Assembly: GCF_009914755.1 (NCBI RefSeq)
Contig: NC_060926.1
Length of the DNA: 64,000 bases
Reading direction: 5' to 3' (one strand)
Source: the human T2T-CHM13v2.0 reference genome, Homo sapiens
Position numbers and translations under genes: made by a program. This document shows, in pieces, positions 18,131 to 41,138 of the stretch (position 1 is the first letter of the stretch; each line of letters opens with the position of its first letter). Below the pieces are notes generated by a model that did not search any database, was not told the DNA's origin, and saw only the letters and a program-made list of their open reading frames with translations.

Positions 18131-19947
18131 TAGGGTAGTAGTCTTCAAACAAACATAGATCTACACAAAGGGTACATAAAGAATATACAAAGACTTTCCA
18201 AATGTTAAGTGTGCATATTGTGTTTCACGAATCTAACTCCAGACCCACAACTTTCATACACACTCTTTCCTAAAATAAGAACAGCCTGCATTTAATATAG
18301 AGTAACTTTACAAAATAAAGGCTTATCTCTCACCAATCCCAAATCGTACTATCATGCATTGGTTCCAAATATAAAACGCATAGAAAGGTAAAATGCTTAG
18401 TCTTGAGAGCAGAGAAGAACTACCAACTAAGAGTAATGTAATAAATTCTATAATGGAGATATGAACAGGTATGGTCTTTAGAAGTAAATAAAATAAACGA
18501 CTGAACTAGCTGGAGGAGTCAGGAAAAAAAAGAGATGACATTTGAACGAGGCCTTGAAAAGTAAGTATGGCTGTCAGGTAGAAAATGATGAAAAGAACAC
18601 TTCTTGCAAACAGGTTAGCGAGGTACATAGGTGTAAGAGAAAGTCACTGGGTAGAGTTACAGGAAAAACGATTAAAGGGGAATAACTCAACTAGAAGATG
18701 AGCTCCTTTTGCCTCTGAAGAGGTATAGACTTGAAATAGAAGAGGGTATCTAAGAAAAGAGGATGCCAAAATAATTTGTACCCAGAGTAGGAAGTATGAC
18801 ATGGGCAAAAAGCTGGTAAATAGTATGTAGAGACATATTAATAAAAGGGAAGAGAAGAGTATGTTGAGAAAATAACTCAGCATCCACCGAAGCCATGGTA
18901 TGCCAGCAGGAGCTGCTCTAAATCTCAGTCCAGGAAAGGGGTGTCCCCTGGGGCTCATGAGAGATAAATACAAATTTATAAACAACTAATTACCCTCTTG
19001 CTAATCACTGCCATGTTTTTCAGTACACTCACATTAATCGTCATATATAAACATCCTGTCACATGCTAAATAGTTCCCCTTGTAGAAGCAGCTCAATTTT
19101 GATCAAACACAGATAATCTGCCAGTTGGCTTGATGTGGAGCTCTTTTTCGAAACCACTGTTTCTCTAACTATGGCATCTTAAGTATGTGTCACATGAGTC
19201 TCCAACTGGCAGTCACATGGATCTCTTAACACAGTATCAGCTGCTCTGAAATGATAACTGCCTAACTTTAGGGTGACCAGAGCTCACCAAAGTAAATGTC
19301 ACATAACCTTTATTTTTAGTCAAACAATCCCAAAAGTAATCCTGAGATTTGGTGAATATTACCCAGATATCTTGAGGAGATATAGAGAAATAAACAGAAA
19401 AAAAAATTCATATAAAACATACTAATAATCAAAAACACTTTAATCGGTTCCTACCACTTTATAAATACCTATGTCCTCTGTTCACTTCTTGGAGAAGGTG
19501 CTGATAGATTATGATCAAACCAGAAGCAGATAAATAAATTCATTGTTATTTGATAAATGACCAAAGAAACACTGAGCACCTACTATGACTCACTCACTGT
19601 ATATACCAGGTGATAGAAACAAGGAATTCATAAACCTGCTCAGGAAACAAACGTGAACAAGTACAAATAATGAGCAAATTGCTAAAACAGAAATACATAA
19701 AATAGGAAATAGAAGTAGGAAAGAAATTAACAGAGAAATTCTAACAGGAAATGAGTCAGGAAAACATCACAGAAGAGATGCCATCTCACCCCCTTGATTA
19801 CTAGGATTCTATCCAGCAGAGGTAAAGGGAGGAAAGGAAAGAGATGAAATTCAAAGCAAGTACAAAGGTAGAGCAAAGGCAAAAGCATGGAAGTACAAAA
19901 ACACATGCAGTCGTCTAGAAATAACAATTAGTACAGTGTGGCTACAT

Positions 19948-20048
19948 CAGTGGTTCTCAAGCCTAACTGGAAAAGGAGGGGTCTGGGCACATACTTTTTT
20001 GTCATTTCACAGATATTTCTGAGGTACAGAAAGGTATGAGAATCACTG
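19948..20048. mobile_element. Short MER5-like hAT element with terminal inverted repeats
   Basis: cagtggttctca ... tgagaatcactg inverted ends about 100 bp apart. Confidence 0.6.
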
Positions 20049-20308
20049 GGCTAGAAATAGAGATTACTAGGGTTGGAAGATAGAATTAGAGGAGAAGAGA
20101 GCCAGAGGTTAGGCCAGGGCTAGACTGAAAAGGCCTTAAAAGCCAGGATGGACCTCTAATCAGCCCCTCTGAAAATTAGTTCTATATAAACATAATTTTG
20201 GTGAAAGGAACAAGACATTTCATCACATTTGGATTCCAGTTCCCCCAAAATATTAAAAATATGTTTTGTAAGCAATAAATCAAACAAGTTTCTAAACAAG
20301 TGAATGAC

Positions 20309-20531
20309 TCCTGACTAACATGGTGAAACCCCATCTCTATTAAAAATACAAAAAAATTAGCCGGGCGTTGTGACGGGCGCTTGTAGTCCCAGCTACTCAG
20401 GAGGCTGAGGCAGGAGAATGGCGTGAACCCGGGAGGCAGAGTTTGCAGTGAGCCGAGATCACGCCACTGCACTCCAGCCTGGGCAGCAGAGCAAGACTCC
20501 GTCTCAAAAAATAAAGAAAGAAAATAAAATA
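20309..20531 (+). mobile_element. 5'-truncated AluY-like element
   Basis: ggcgtgaacccgggagg diagnostic; perfect 15-bp TSD aaacaagtgaatgac (20294-20308 and 20532-20546). Confidence 0.9.
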
Positions 20532-20565
20532 AAACAAGTGAATGACAAAAAAACTGCCCCTTTTC

Positions 20566-21447
<882 letters not shown>

Positions 21448-22461
21448 CTAGACAATGTGCTCTTCAAGAACAGGAACTCTATTTTATTCATCTTTCTATC
21501 CTGAACACATATTAGGCACTAAATAATTCATTTTTTAACAAATGAATCTCTTCGCCTCCACTTTCATGTCTCTATCTTCCCCTTCCGTCCCACAGCTCTT
21601 GTTTAGAATCCTAATTTAAAAAAAAAAAAATCTTCCTATCCCATAAATCTTGGCACACGCCATAGGCCCTCTACCTTGCACGACCCATGTTACTCAACAT
21701 AGTGAAGATTTGGAGGAAGAATGCTCCTAGACATCCCCACTCATTTCCACTGCTAGAGGAGACAGCTAGCTCAATCTGCAACCAGAGGCAGTATCACTCC
21801 ATCCTCAGGAGAGCACCCATAAAAGAGGAGGGGATAATTTATCAAGAGGGAATAAGATTGTATTACAAAGTAAACTTCCCAAAAAGGCAGAGTTAATGCT
21901 ATACAAATATATCTCAATTTAAAATACTTCTCAGAAGGGGAGGCACAGAGTAAATTAAGCTTCTGAGAGGACTTCAAATTGAGGAAGGGAACTTTAGATA
22001 AAAGGAATGGGAGTCATAGGAATTGGGATCTATGAGCATCATCATGCTCCTAGCCAATGGGCACAACTGACCACACCATAATTTTCTTTGATTCATCTCT
22101 TCCCACACTAACTAGGCAGCATTAATTTGGTCCTCTTCCTCAGCAAGGATGATCTTCTGAAGGGATAAGGAAAGAGCTGTTTTTACAAAATATTCCTCAG
22201 TTTTTGCTATATCTCTGCCTAGTCCTGACAAAATAAGTCCCTTTTCTCCGATCCTCTCAGAAAAGGAAGGTACTCTAGGTAGCTAAAGAACTTCCTATTT
22301 TTTAGTTTAATGTGGGAAAAGAGATAATAAAAAGATAAGAGAAGGTCTTAATATAGTAGAATATAAAAGATAAAATGATCTAGAATTTGGACATTTTATA
22401 AGAAAAGGAACAAAGTAGGGAATGGATTGGAGGGAAAAGACTAAGTAAAATATACATATGT

Positions 22462-22770
22462 GGCCGGGTGCAATGGCTCACGCCTGTAATCCCAGCACTT
22501 TGGGAGGCCAAGGTGGGCAGATCACTTGAGGTTGGGCGCTTGAGACCAACCTGGCCAACATGCCAAAACCCCATCTCTACTAAAAATACAAAAATTAGCC
22601 AGCCATGGTGGCAGGCACCTGTAATCCCAGCTACTCAGGAGGCTGAGGCAAGGGAATCACTTGAACCTGGGAGGCGGAGGTTGTAAGCTGAGACCGTGCC
22701 ACTGCACTCCAGCCTGGACAACAAAGCGAGACTTCGTCTCAAAATTAATTAATTAATTAATTAATTAATA
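22462..22770 (+). mobile_element. Alu with (AATT)n tail microsatellite
   Basis: Dimer followed by aattaattaatt... Confidence 0.95.
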
Positions 22771-23883
22771 ATAATTATCAGCATATGAAGAATTTTGTTT
22801 CATCCCTACCCCCCAATGGAAAAAACTAATCACTCAAAAAAGGGATGATGCAACAAATTTCACTTCCTATATTTCTAATATTTTGTGAACTGTTGTTTTC
22901 CTTGAGAAGAAAAATATATCTGACATTCAGAAAAATTACTTAACATGATTCTTCAAGTTAAGAATTTGAGTATACTGCCAAAGATAATCCCAATAAACTC
23001 TGCTCTCTTAATTTTGTCTTTACTTCCCTTGGGACTAACACAGTAACTGACAAAGTAGATATTTAAGAAATGTTTATAAACCAAATAAATAAGAACACCT
23101 ACAAAGACAAAAAGTAAATCTGGCCATTTTCCATTCTGAAGATTTACCTCTTGCAAAAGACAAACATAAAAAATGAGAATTCATTCTGTGTAACTCTAGA
23201 GAGCAGAGAAAAATAATTACATCTAATTTTTAACAATTCTTAAGCTACATTTATCACAAACTCATAGTCACCTTAACCAAATTCTAATTGAAAAAAAAAA
23301 GGCATACAAAATTTGAATACTTTTTTTAAAAGTTAAACTCTGATCTGTAACATACTGGCCTAAAATAGCACCATGCGAGACATTTTTAATACTAATCAAA
23401 ATAACTATGTGGAGACTCAAAAGTGCTAAGTAGCACATATTTGTGAGACACCTAAGCAGGTTCTAAGATTCCAAGAGAAAAGAAGTATATATACGGTGAC
23501 CCACACACTTTGCCATTTTCAAATATTTGGTCCCTTAGGTTGCCATAAACCATAAAAATTCCATTATTTCAGCAAATAGTAACTAAAGTATTCCATATTA
23601 TATATATTTTTATTTTAAGTTTTAAAGACTGAGCCACAAAAGATAGGGAACACAGGCCAAAGCAACACCATAATTACTCATAAAAACATGGAGAAGATGA
23701 TATGTATCACACACATACAGTTATAAAGTTCACTAATAACCCAGTAAAATAAAAGCCTGTGCAACTGGGTAACAACAACAACAATAAAAACCCTGATGGT
23801 AATATGAGATAATAACAATAATGAATTTATTTCCAGGTATAATTATATGTAGTCATTTGACCTACATATAAAATGTGTTCTAA

Positions 23884-25075
<1,192 letters not shown>

Positions 25076-25479
25076 TTAAAAAGTAAAATGCATAAATGTG
25101 TTTTTTCAAGTATCTGTAAAGAATAAAATATATAGTTTTTATTGATCACTTATTATTCCCAGGCATTCTTCTAAGCTCTATATATGTAACTATTCATTTA
25201 ATTTTTATAACAATTTTTTGAGATAAGCACTATTCTTATCACCCAGTTAAATGATGAGTAATCAAAGGAAAGATAAATTGATTTGACCAAAGTGTAAAAA
25301 GCCAGAGTTCAAAACTAGGCAGGAGGACTCCAGAAAGTTATGCCATTCTGCCTGTCATAAAAAAATCAAAATACCTGTTGTTTAATTTATAGGTAAATTT
25401 TTTAACTTAAAAAATGTTTCTTTTTATACTATTTTGAAGTTAATTTAGTAATAATAACTATTAATAACAGGAAACATTT

Positions 25480-25700
25480 AATAAAAGCGCTGACTACAAG
25501 ATAGACATCATTTCTCACAACAGCCTTGTAAGACAGCTCCCCTTATTAGCTCCATTTTACAGATGAGAAAAGTGAGACACACAAAGATAAAGTGACTCAC
25601 CCAAGGTCACACAGTAAATAAGTAATAGAGCCAGAAAGGGAATTCAAGTAATCTAACTCCAAAGTCTGGACTTGGACTCTTAACTACTACACCACAATAA
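25480..25700 (-). mobile_element. MIR
   Basis: ccattttacagatgagaaaagtgag...cccaaggtcacacag. Confidence 0.8.
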
Positions 25701-26972
25701 AATTTATGTAATAAAAAGAGATAAGCCAACATTATTTTTATGATACCTTTTATAATACCTGAATAGAACTGGTTCTAAAGTCAAGATGATGTACACTCTA
25801 TCAACGATGTAAAATAATGGACTTTCTCCATCTACCTAAAGGAACAAATATTATGATACCCTCTTTCCCTCTCATTCTCTACTGTGGTGATTACAAATAA
25901 CCAGTTTTTCAAAGCTTGCTAAAGAAACATTAAAAACATTAAAGACACATTAAAGTGCATTACAGTGCTTAGGAATATCAGAATACGTATTTGGGCTTGG
26001 TAGAACTGTGACAGATACAAAAGTTCAGTTCAGATATATGCCCCAAATTAGGAAGCCCCTTGTTATCTGCAGAAAATGGCAGTTTGAAAATAAGCCCTGT
26101 ATAGAACAGCAATTTCTACTGAGGTATAGAAAGAAAACATTAGCATCCCTGCTCTATCAATAACTGTACCTTGTCCTTTTAAATTTCTATATTTCTGTGT
26201 ATGTTTGATAACATACATAAATATTTTAGTACTTGCAAATAATTTATAATTAAAGACACTTAAAAGAAGATAAGTGTGCTCTCTGTTTATCAATAAGTCA
26301 AAAAATGTAGAGACAATTAACAAAATGAAAAAATACATCACTGAAAAAATGGTTTGACTTTATTTTAAAGATTTTCTTTTCACCTAAAGTTTCAGTATAT
26401 TTTTAGTTGTTTCACTGGTCTCCAGATGATTCCTAAAGCACTATGTTGACTGTCTCTATCCTGCAGTAAAGGCCCTTTACAGAAACTTTCAATAAAACTT
26501 ATGAAGGATAAATAATGCGTCTGTCATCTAAGAAGGTGCTTTCTGTAACATGAAAATAAAGAAATGACTGGAACAGTGTTTTGAAGCTCACCAAGATTAA
26601 ATAATCCTATCAAAACCACGATGGAAATTTGAAGGGGTACTGTAGAACTAAGGACCCTCTCTCCATTCCATACCTATCAGAATTCTTATTTGCTCCAAGA
26701 AGAGTCATTGACTGTCTTAAAGAAAACCTTTCTACCATGAGAAGATTCACGTAAAAGAAGTTATTACAGTCTCCTTAAAACCATTTCATTTTATAGGCAA
26801 AGTGCAGGCACTGTTAGTGGAAGTCTCAACTCATACTGCCTTTCTGGAAGGCAGTTTGGCAATATGCATCAAAATTTTAAATGCACATCTCCTTTGACCC
26901 AGCAATATCATTTCTTGGAATTCATAATAAGATTATTAGACACATATATAAAGATGTAGTATAAGAACTTGT

Positions 26973-27344
<372 letters not shown>

Positions 27345-27720
27345 CTATACTTAATATATATCTGTATCTATTGTGTATTGTTGACTTTTAGTAGGCTATA
27401 TCAAGTATAAATTGAACCATTTTAAATAAAATTATAAATGTATATAAATGCATAGAAAACATTTGAAATGTTTACCAAAACATTTACCATATTGATAATG
27501 TGGCTTTAAGTAATTTTTTCTTTATCATTAAGCTTTTCTGTATGGTTTAAATTGTGTTACTATATAGTCGTATTATTTCAAAATCAGAAAGAAAAGGCCC
27601 TTTTCATCTTGGGAAAAAAATTCTAAGATTCCAATAGTTTTCTCAAAGACCTAAACCTACTTCCTTTCATGCTAGATGCTATGAAGTATAGATACAGAAG
27701 AGAACAATTTTATCTTACAG

Positions 27721-27904
27721 CAGTGGTTCTCAAAGTGTGGTACCTGAACCAGTAACATGAGCATCATTTGAAACTAGATAGAAAGGCAAATTCTCAGGCC
27801 CTACCCCAGACCTATTGAATTAGAAACTCTGAGGGTGGAGCCCAGCAATCTGTATTAACAAGCCCTCCCAGTGGTTCTGATACACTCCGGTTTGAAAAAC
27901 ACTT
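27721..27904. mobile_element. MER5A (hAT-Charlie)
   Basis: cagtggttctcaaagtgtgg...aattctcaggccctaccccagacct...aacaagccctccc. Confidence 0.85.
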
Positions 27905-29480
27905 CTTAAGATGAATTCAAAACGTGGTGATCTGAAAGACCAATTTAAACTCCTCTTGGAATTGTTAGTGCCACATACATCTCAAACAAATACAGGTAAT
28001 GTCTCCACCAGTAGATCCTGCTTGCTGATAAACTTTGGGGGATAAAGACCCCAAGCATATTCAAAATATCAGAAATAAGACAGTAACCCCAAGTGCACTG
28101 ACCTGCACCATGACTAATACTGATGCAAAAAGAACAAATAAAATTCCCAAAACCAACTATAGAAATGACATCTCAAAATAGTGAATAATATAAAAAGCTT
28201 AGTGCTACCCAGGGCAACTCTCTGGAAATTCTGAGCAAAAAAAAAAAACAAATGAACTTGGAATCCCAACTGACCACACAATGACAGAATCACAACTGAG
28301 TAATAACCAAATCTCTGGCAAAGATGTGAGGTTTATTCAACATACAATGAAGCTATTAACTGGATCTAAGCATTGTCATCTCAACATGGCAAGAACATCC
28401 ATATTAAGGCTTCATTTACGAAATTGTGAACAAACTAAACACATCAAAAATGAAAGTCCAAAACACTTTGAGAGTAAATTAAGAGCTCCTTTCTGCAAGG
28501 GAAGAAAAAAAATGCTGTCAGTATTAAAATAAGGAAAATGTGGGAGAAATAATAAACACAGGGAAAAAGGAATGAATACATAGACCATTCACTTAAAATT
28601 ATTGCATCTATAAATGCAACTTTAAAGAGTTCTCATTTAGTTTTGAAAGAAACTTTTACTACTTAAAAGTAGGGTCTATACTTGCCTGCTGGTACCTTTC
28701 CATTATTCAAGACACTTGGCTGCCATCTGCTGTATAATTGTCCTAATAAATATACAAATCTACATTGTCTAAGCTATAAATGGCACAACCTTAGATATGG
28801 TACAGCTGAGTACTATACAACCAGCACAACTGTACAAAGAAACCATACTTAAGAATTAACCTAAGTTAGGCCATACCCAAACTTCCATAGTAAATTAGAA
28901 ATCTTAAGACATCAGAGTATATAGTTCATAGAGGTTAGGCTGACAGGAGCTTCTGAGCTATGTATATCACCTAAAGCTTCATCTTTACAAGTTATTAGTG
29001 ATAAAGCAACACAGCTCTGGGATTCTAGGTTCAGGCAGACAAAGAATAGGTTGTTCTCTGACCCTTGGCTTTCCATCAAACAGGAATGATACTGCTTTCA
29101 CTAGTGATTCTAGGATGTAGAAAAAGCAAAACTAGTTCAAGCATTTTCCTGCAGACTCATTCTCTTCATATGCTTCTGAGTGAATTTAATTTTTATTTAC
29201 TTGTTTATTTAATTGGTCTGACTGCCTATTTTGTCTATTATGCCTCAGAGAACAAGATTGCTACAATAGACAAGGTCTAATGCAGCTCTTCCTAGAGCGC
29301 ATAGGAAAATGACGGATCTGCTTATTAGTAAATCATTATTATAGTGACAACATACTGATTTGGATAAAATGTCATTTAAAAATTTTATCTGATGAACGGA
29401 ACCTAATGGTGCAAAACAACAGCACCAGAAATAATTTTGCAAAAAATGCTCATATTTCTACTCAAGTATACAAAATCTGA

Positions 29481-29826
<346 letters not shown>

Positions 29827-30414
29827 AGCCTTTAAACTCTTAAAAAAGATATCCCAGATACCATCTCCATACATGATTGCCCTTAGAGATTAGCCAACTG
29901 ACGAAACCAAGGAGAATCAAGAGAATTTCAAAGTATTTCTAGTAACTTGTTGCAATAAAATGAAAACCTTCTAGAATTCTGCCTCAAACATCTTGAGAAA
30001 TTTCTCTCCTCCTATCAACAAACTGCTGTAACCTAAAGCTGATCTAAGCAATATGGGACTTGTCCTCCTGGTGCCTAGTTTGTCAAAGACTGCCAAGCAG
30101 CAAAAACAAAACTCCTCACAAAGTTTGTGAAATGATGTGAGAAATAAAAACACAATGATGACACCTGTGATTTCTTTTTCTTTTTTAGAATTAACTTATA
30201 ATAAATTTCTGACTTATTTTACTAAGTCTGGTAACGGACAAATTCTGGATCATGTTGTCCAAAGCATGAATTTGATAACTGAGGTGATGTCAGTTTACAT
30301 CTGGTGCACCTTTGTAGGCTTAGTTTTCCCAGCTTTATACACTGCCAGAACTTTGTATACTAAAAGAGGCTACTTTCTTTTTCTTTTAATGGCAAAACAT
30401 ATAATTTTACTATT

Positions 30415-30940
30415 TATTTTTAGTATTTGTCAAGGCATAATCAACAAATGAAAATTATATAAATGTATGCTGTACAACATGATGTTTTGATATATGTATA
30501 CATTGTGAAATGATTAAATCAAGGTAATTGGCATATCTGTCACCTCACATACTTTTTTTTTGTGGTGAGAACATTTAAGAGCTACTCTCAGCAATTTTCA
30601 AACATATAGTACTTTATTAGTAACTATAGTCACCATGATGTACAGTAGGTCTCTTAAAGATTTTCATCTTGTCTAACTGAAACTTAACATACTTTGACCA
30701 GTATCTCCCCATTCTGTCCTCCTCCAGCCTCTGGCAACCACCAACCATTCTACCCTCTGCTTCTATGAGTTAAATTTTTTTCAATTCCACATATAAGTGA
30801 GATCATGTAGTATTTCTCTTTCTGTGCCTGGCTTCTTTCACTTAGCATAATTCCTTCCAGGTTCATCCATGTTGTCACAAATGACAGGATTTCCTTCTTT
30901 CATAAGGCTCAATAGTATTCCACAGTATATATAAATATAT
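30415..30940 (-). mobile_element. L1MA-like 3' end
   Basis: gtacaacatgatgttttgatatatgtatacattgtgaaatgattaaatcaag. Confidence 0.85.
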
Positions 30941-32460
30941 TTTCTATTTTTTCTTTTTTTATCATTTCAACTTTCATTTTAGATTCAGGGGTACATGTGC
31001 AGGTTTGTTAATGGGTATATAGCATGATGCTAAGGTTTGAGGTACAAATCCCATCACTAGGTGGTGACACAGTACCCAATAGGTAGTTTTTCAACCCACA
31101 CTCCACTCCTTCTCTCCCCACTGAGTAGTCCACAGTGTCTACTATTCCCACCTTTATGTCCATGTGTACTTAACATTTAGCTTCCACTTATAAGTGAGAA
31201 TATGCAGTATTTGGTTTCCTGTTCCTGTGTTAATTTGCTTAGGAATATGGCCTCCAGCTGCATCCATGCTGCTGCAAAGATCATGATTTCATTCATTTTT
31301 ATGGCTGTACAGTGGTCCATGGTGTACATGTACCACCTTTTCTTTATCCAATCCACCACTGATGGGCAAAGACCAAGTTGATTCTATGTTTTGGCTATTG
31401 TAAATGGTGATGCAATAAACATACAAGTGCCTGTGTCTTTTTGGAAGAACGATTTATTTTCCTTTAGGTATATACCCAGTAATGGGATTGCTGGATCAAA
31501 TGTTAGCTCTGTTTTAATTTCTTTGAGAAATCTCCAAACTACTTTCCACAGTGGCTGATCTAATTTACATTCCCACCAGCAGTGTATAAGCATTCCCTTT
31601 TCTCTGCAACCTCACCAGCATCTATCATTTTCTGACTTTTTAATAACAGCCAATCTGAGTAGTGTGAGATGGTATGTCATTGTGGTTTTGATTCGCATTT
31701 CTCCAATGATTAGTGATGTTGAGCTTTTTTTTTTCATATGCTTGTTGGCTGTATGTGTGTCTTCTTTCGAAAAGTGTTCATGGCCTTTGCCTACTTTTGA
31801 ATGGGGTTTTGCTTTTTGCTTGTTACTTTAAGTCCTTATAGGCTGGATATTAGACCTTTGTCAGATACATAGTTTCCAAATATTTTCTCCCATTCTATAG
31901 GTTGTCTGTTTTCTCATTTGATAGTTTCTTTTAATGCACAGAAACTCTTTAGTTTAATTAGGTCTTATTTGTCAATTTTTGTTTTCATTCCAATGCTTTG
32001 GTGTCTTCATCATGAAATCTTTGGCCGTGCCTGTGTCCAGAACGGTATTTCCTAGGTTCGCTTCCAGAGTTTTCATAGCTTTAGATTTTACAGTTAAGTC
32101 TTTAATCCATCTTGACTTGATTTTTGCACATGGTATAAGGAAGGAGTCCAGTTTCAGTCTTCCACATATGGTTAACCAGTTACCCCAGCACCGTTTATTA
32201 AATGGGGAGTGCTTTCCCCATTGCTTGTTTTTGTTGATTTTATCAAAGATCAGATGGTTGTAGGTGTGTGACTTTATTTCTTGGCTCTCTAGTCTGTTCC
32301 ATTTGTCTGTGTGCCTGTTTTGGTACCAGTACCATGCTATTTTGGTTACTGAATTCCTGTAGTATAGTTTGAAGTCAGATAATGTGATGCCTCCAGCTTT
32401 GTTCTTTCTGCTTAGGTATGCTTTTGCTATTCAGGCTCCTTTTTGGTTCCATATGAGTTT
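30941..32460 (-). mobile_element. L1PA/PB-like 3' UTR and ORF2 C-terminus
   Basis: ggtacatgtgcaggtttgtt; reverse translation [22 protein letters not shown]. Confidence 0.9.
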
Positions 32461-32469
32461 ATGGAACCA

Positions 32470-33019
32470 AACTCCCATGTTTATTGTAGCACCATTCACA
32501 ATAGCCAAGATTTAAAAGCAACCTAAGTGTCCATCAACAGATGAATGGATAATGAAAATGTGGTACTTATATACAATGGAGTACTATTCAGCCACTAAAA
32601 AGAAAGAGATCCTGTCATTTGCAATAACATGGTTACAACTGGAGGTCATTTATTTGCGGGATCTAAAAGTCAAAACGATTGAACTAATGCAGATAGAGAG
32701 TAGAAGGTTGGTTACCAGAGGCTGGGAAGGGTAATAGGATGGTTCAGAGGAGAAGTAGGGATAGTTAATGAGTACAAAAAAAAAAATCAAAAGAATAAAT
32801 AAGACCTAGTATTTAATAGCACAACAGGATGACTATAGTCAATAATAATTTAACTGTACATTTTTAAAACTAACTAAAAGATTATAACTGGATTGTCTGT
32901 AACACAAAGGATAAACGCTTGAGGGGATGGATACCCCATTTTCCATGATGTGATTATTACACATTGCATGTCTGTGTCAAAACATCTCCTATAGCCCATA
33001 AGTATAACACCTACTATGG

Positions 33020-33020
<1 letters not shown>
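32470..33020 (+). mobile_element. L1MA-like 3' end in the opposite orientation
   Basis: cccatgtttattgtagcaccattcacaatagccaag...ggttaccagaggctggg. Confidence 0.85.
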
Positions 33021-38020
<5,000 letters not shown>

Positions 38021-38029
38021 CTTACTTCT

Positions 38030-38316
38030 TTATTTCAGAGACAGGATGCCACTCTGTCACCCAGCCTAGAGTACAGTGGCATGACATTGGCTCACTGCAG
38101 CCTCAACCTCCTGGGCTCAGGTGATCCTCCCACCTCAGCCTCCCTAGTTAGTTGGGACTATAGTGCATGCCACGATGCCCAGCTAATTTTTGTTTTCTGT
38201 AGAGGCCAGAGTCTCATTATATTGCCTAGGCTGGTCTCAAACTCCTGGGCTCAAGTGATCCTCCTGCTCAGCCTCCCAAAGTGCTGGGATTACAGGTGAG
38301 CTACCACACCCAGCCA
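38030..38316 (-). mobile_element. Alu (J-like)
   Basis: Full dimer. Confidence 0.9.
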
Positions 38317-39640
38317 AATTTTAAAAATCAAATAACAAAGTATACCATCAAATCCACATTTATCATTTAAAATGCCTCTAATAATCTATTTTTCTTGGGG
38401 TTTCAAGAGCTTTTCTCATTTCACTTTCCTCTTATTTTTGCTACTCCAATGCCAAAAGATCATTGTATACCTCTTCCTTACAAATGTCAAGGAAATCCTT
38501 TACCTGACCAAAAACAAAATACTTGGCTAGCTGCATTATTTTTTTCCGTTTTAAAAAATGTATTCCATAAATATGACTTTCCTTAAATCAAACTCCATAC
38601 CAAAAATTTTCATAGGATAAATTTAGTCCAGCCCAATGTCTGCTGTTTTTCTTCACTCATATTGCTTGATAAGACCACATTTCATATCAATATCTTTAGA
38701 ATTTCATTGTTTATTAGCATCAGAGCTTCCCCAGGAAGTAGAAATTGGTTTGCACTGTGATGATTCTTGCTCGTTTAGATATTTCACTGGACAATGTGTG
38801 TTTTAAAATTCTAAGTTACAGGAAGTGGTAGGGAGATACAAAGTCAAGCACAAAGAGGAGGAAAGAAACAAAGGCACAATTTGCAAAGGGAAAAAAAACA
38901 TAAAGAAGCAAGTTTTGAAAACTGATATGTTGAGAACAACAAGAAGAAAGAGACTTGGCTGGAATGTGCAACAAGATGTCAGTATGCCACTACACAATAT
39001 CATAGTACCAAAAGATATGCGTGAGTCACAGAATCTGTCATGTTCCAGGCCTGTGAAAACAAGGTCAAATTGAAAGTCTGTGTTCCTCCACAGCTTTTTA
39101 ATCAAAAACTATATAATGAAAGAGAGCCTATATTTTAATCCAAATCATCACTTTTGGCAAATGGCCTTCATCATTTATCTAACGTACAATAGAACATTTA
39201 TTTAGAGTTCTAAACACTGGAAGCGTCTAAATACTGAAATGATAGAACTGTTATAAAAGAAGTTCGTTATTGTTGTCGTTGCTTTTGTTTTTGCTTTTAT
39301 GTAATAATTAATCAATTATCAAACCACAGTAGTAACTGAAGGTAAATTCATGCAAGTTCAAAGTGCATGTCAATATGATGATCTTCAAGACTGAATGACA
39401 AGTAGGTGTTTTAACAGAGTCCCAGTCCATATGTATTATCATAAATCAAATTAAGGTAATCTAGTTAGTTGCATTGTGATGGTTCTTGCTCCCTTAAATG
39501 TTTCACTGCGTAATGTATATTTTAAAGCTCTAACAGGTTTGCAGGTATGCAATTTATATTACATGCTTAAATTTCTTTCATCAAATCATTGTCCTCTTGG
39601 GAGTTAACAGATCTCAATTTTTTAAAAAAATTATAATTCT

Positions 39641-40009
<369 letters not shown>

Positions 40010-40138
40010 TTAAAAACAATGGTTTATTTACCAATCACAACTAATTCCACTGTACATACTCGTCATGCATTTAAGCAACATATAACCATCAAAGGTTTTT
40101 TACCCTGGGCGCCCAAATATCAAAAAGAAAAAAATCCG

Positions 40139-41138
<1,000 letters not shown>

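Noticed and set aside
30128-30172. C-box-like ATGATG repeats suggesting a snoRNA (also ~16584-16607)
   Set aside because: No suitably placed D box with a terminal stem was found.
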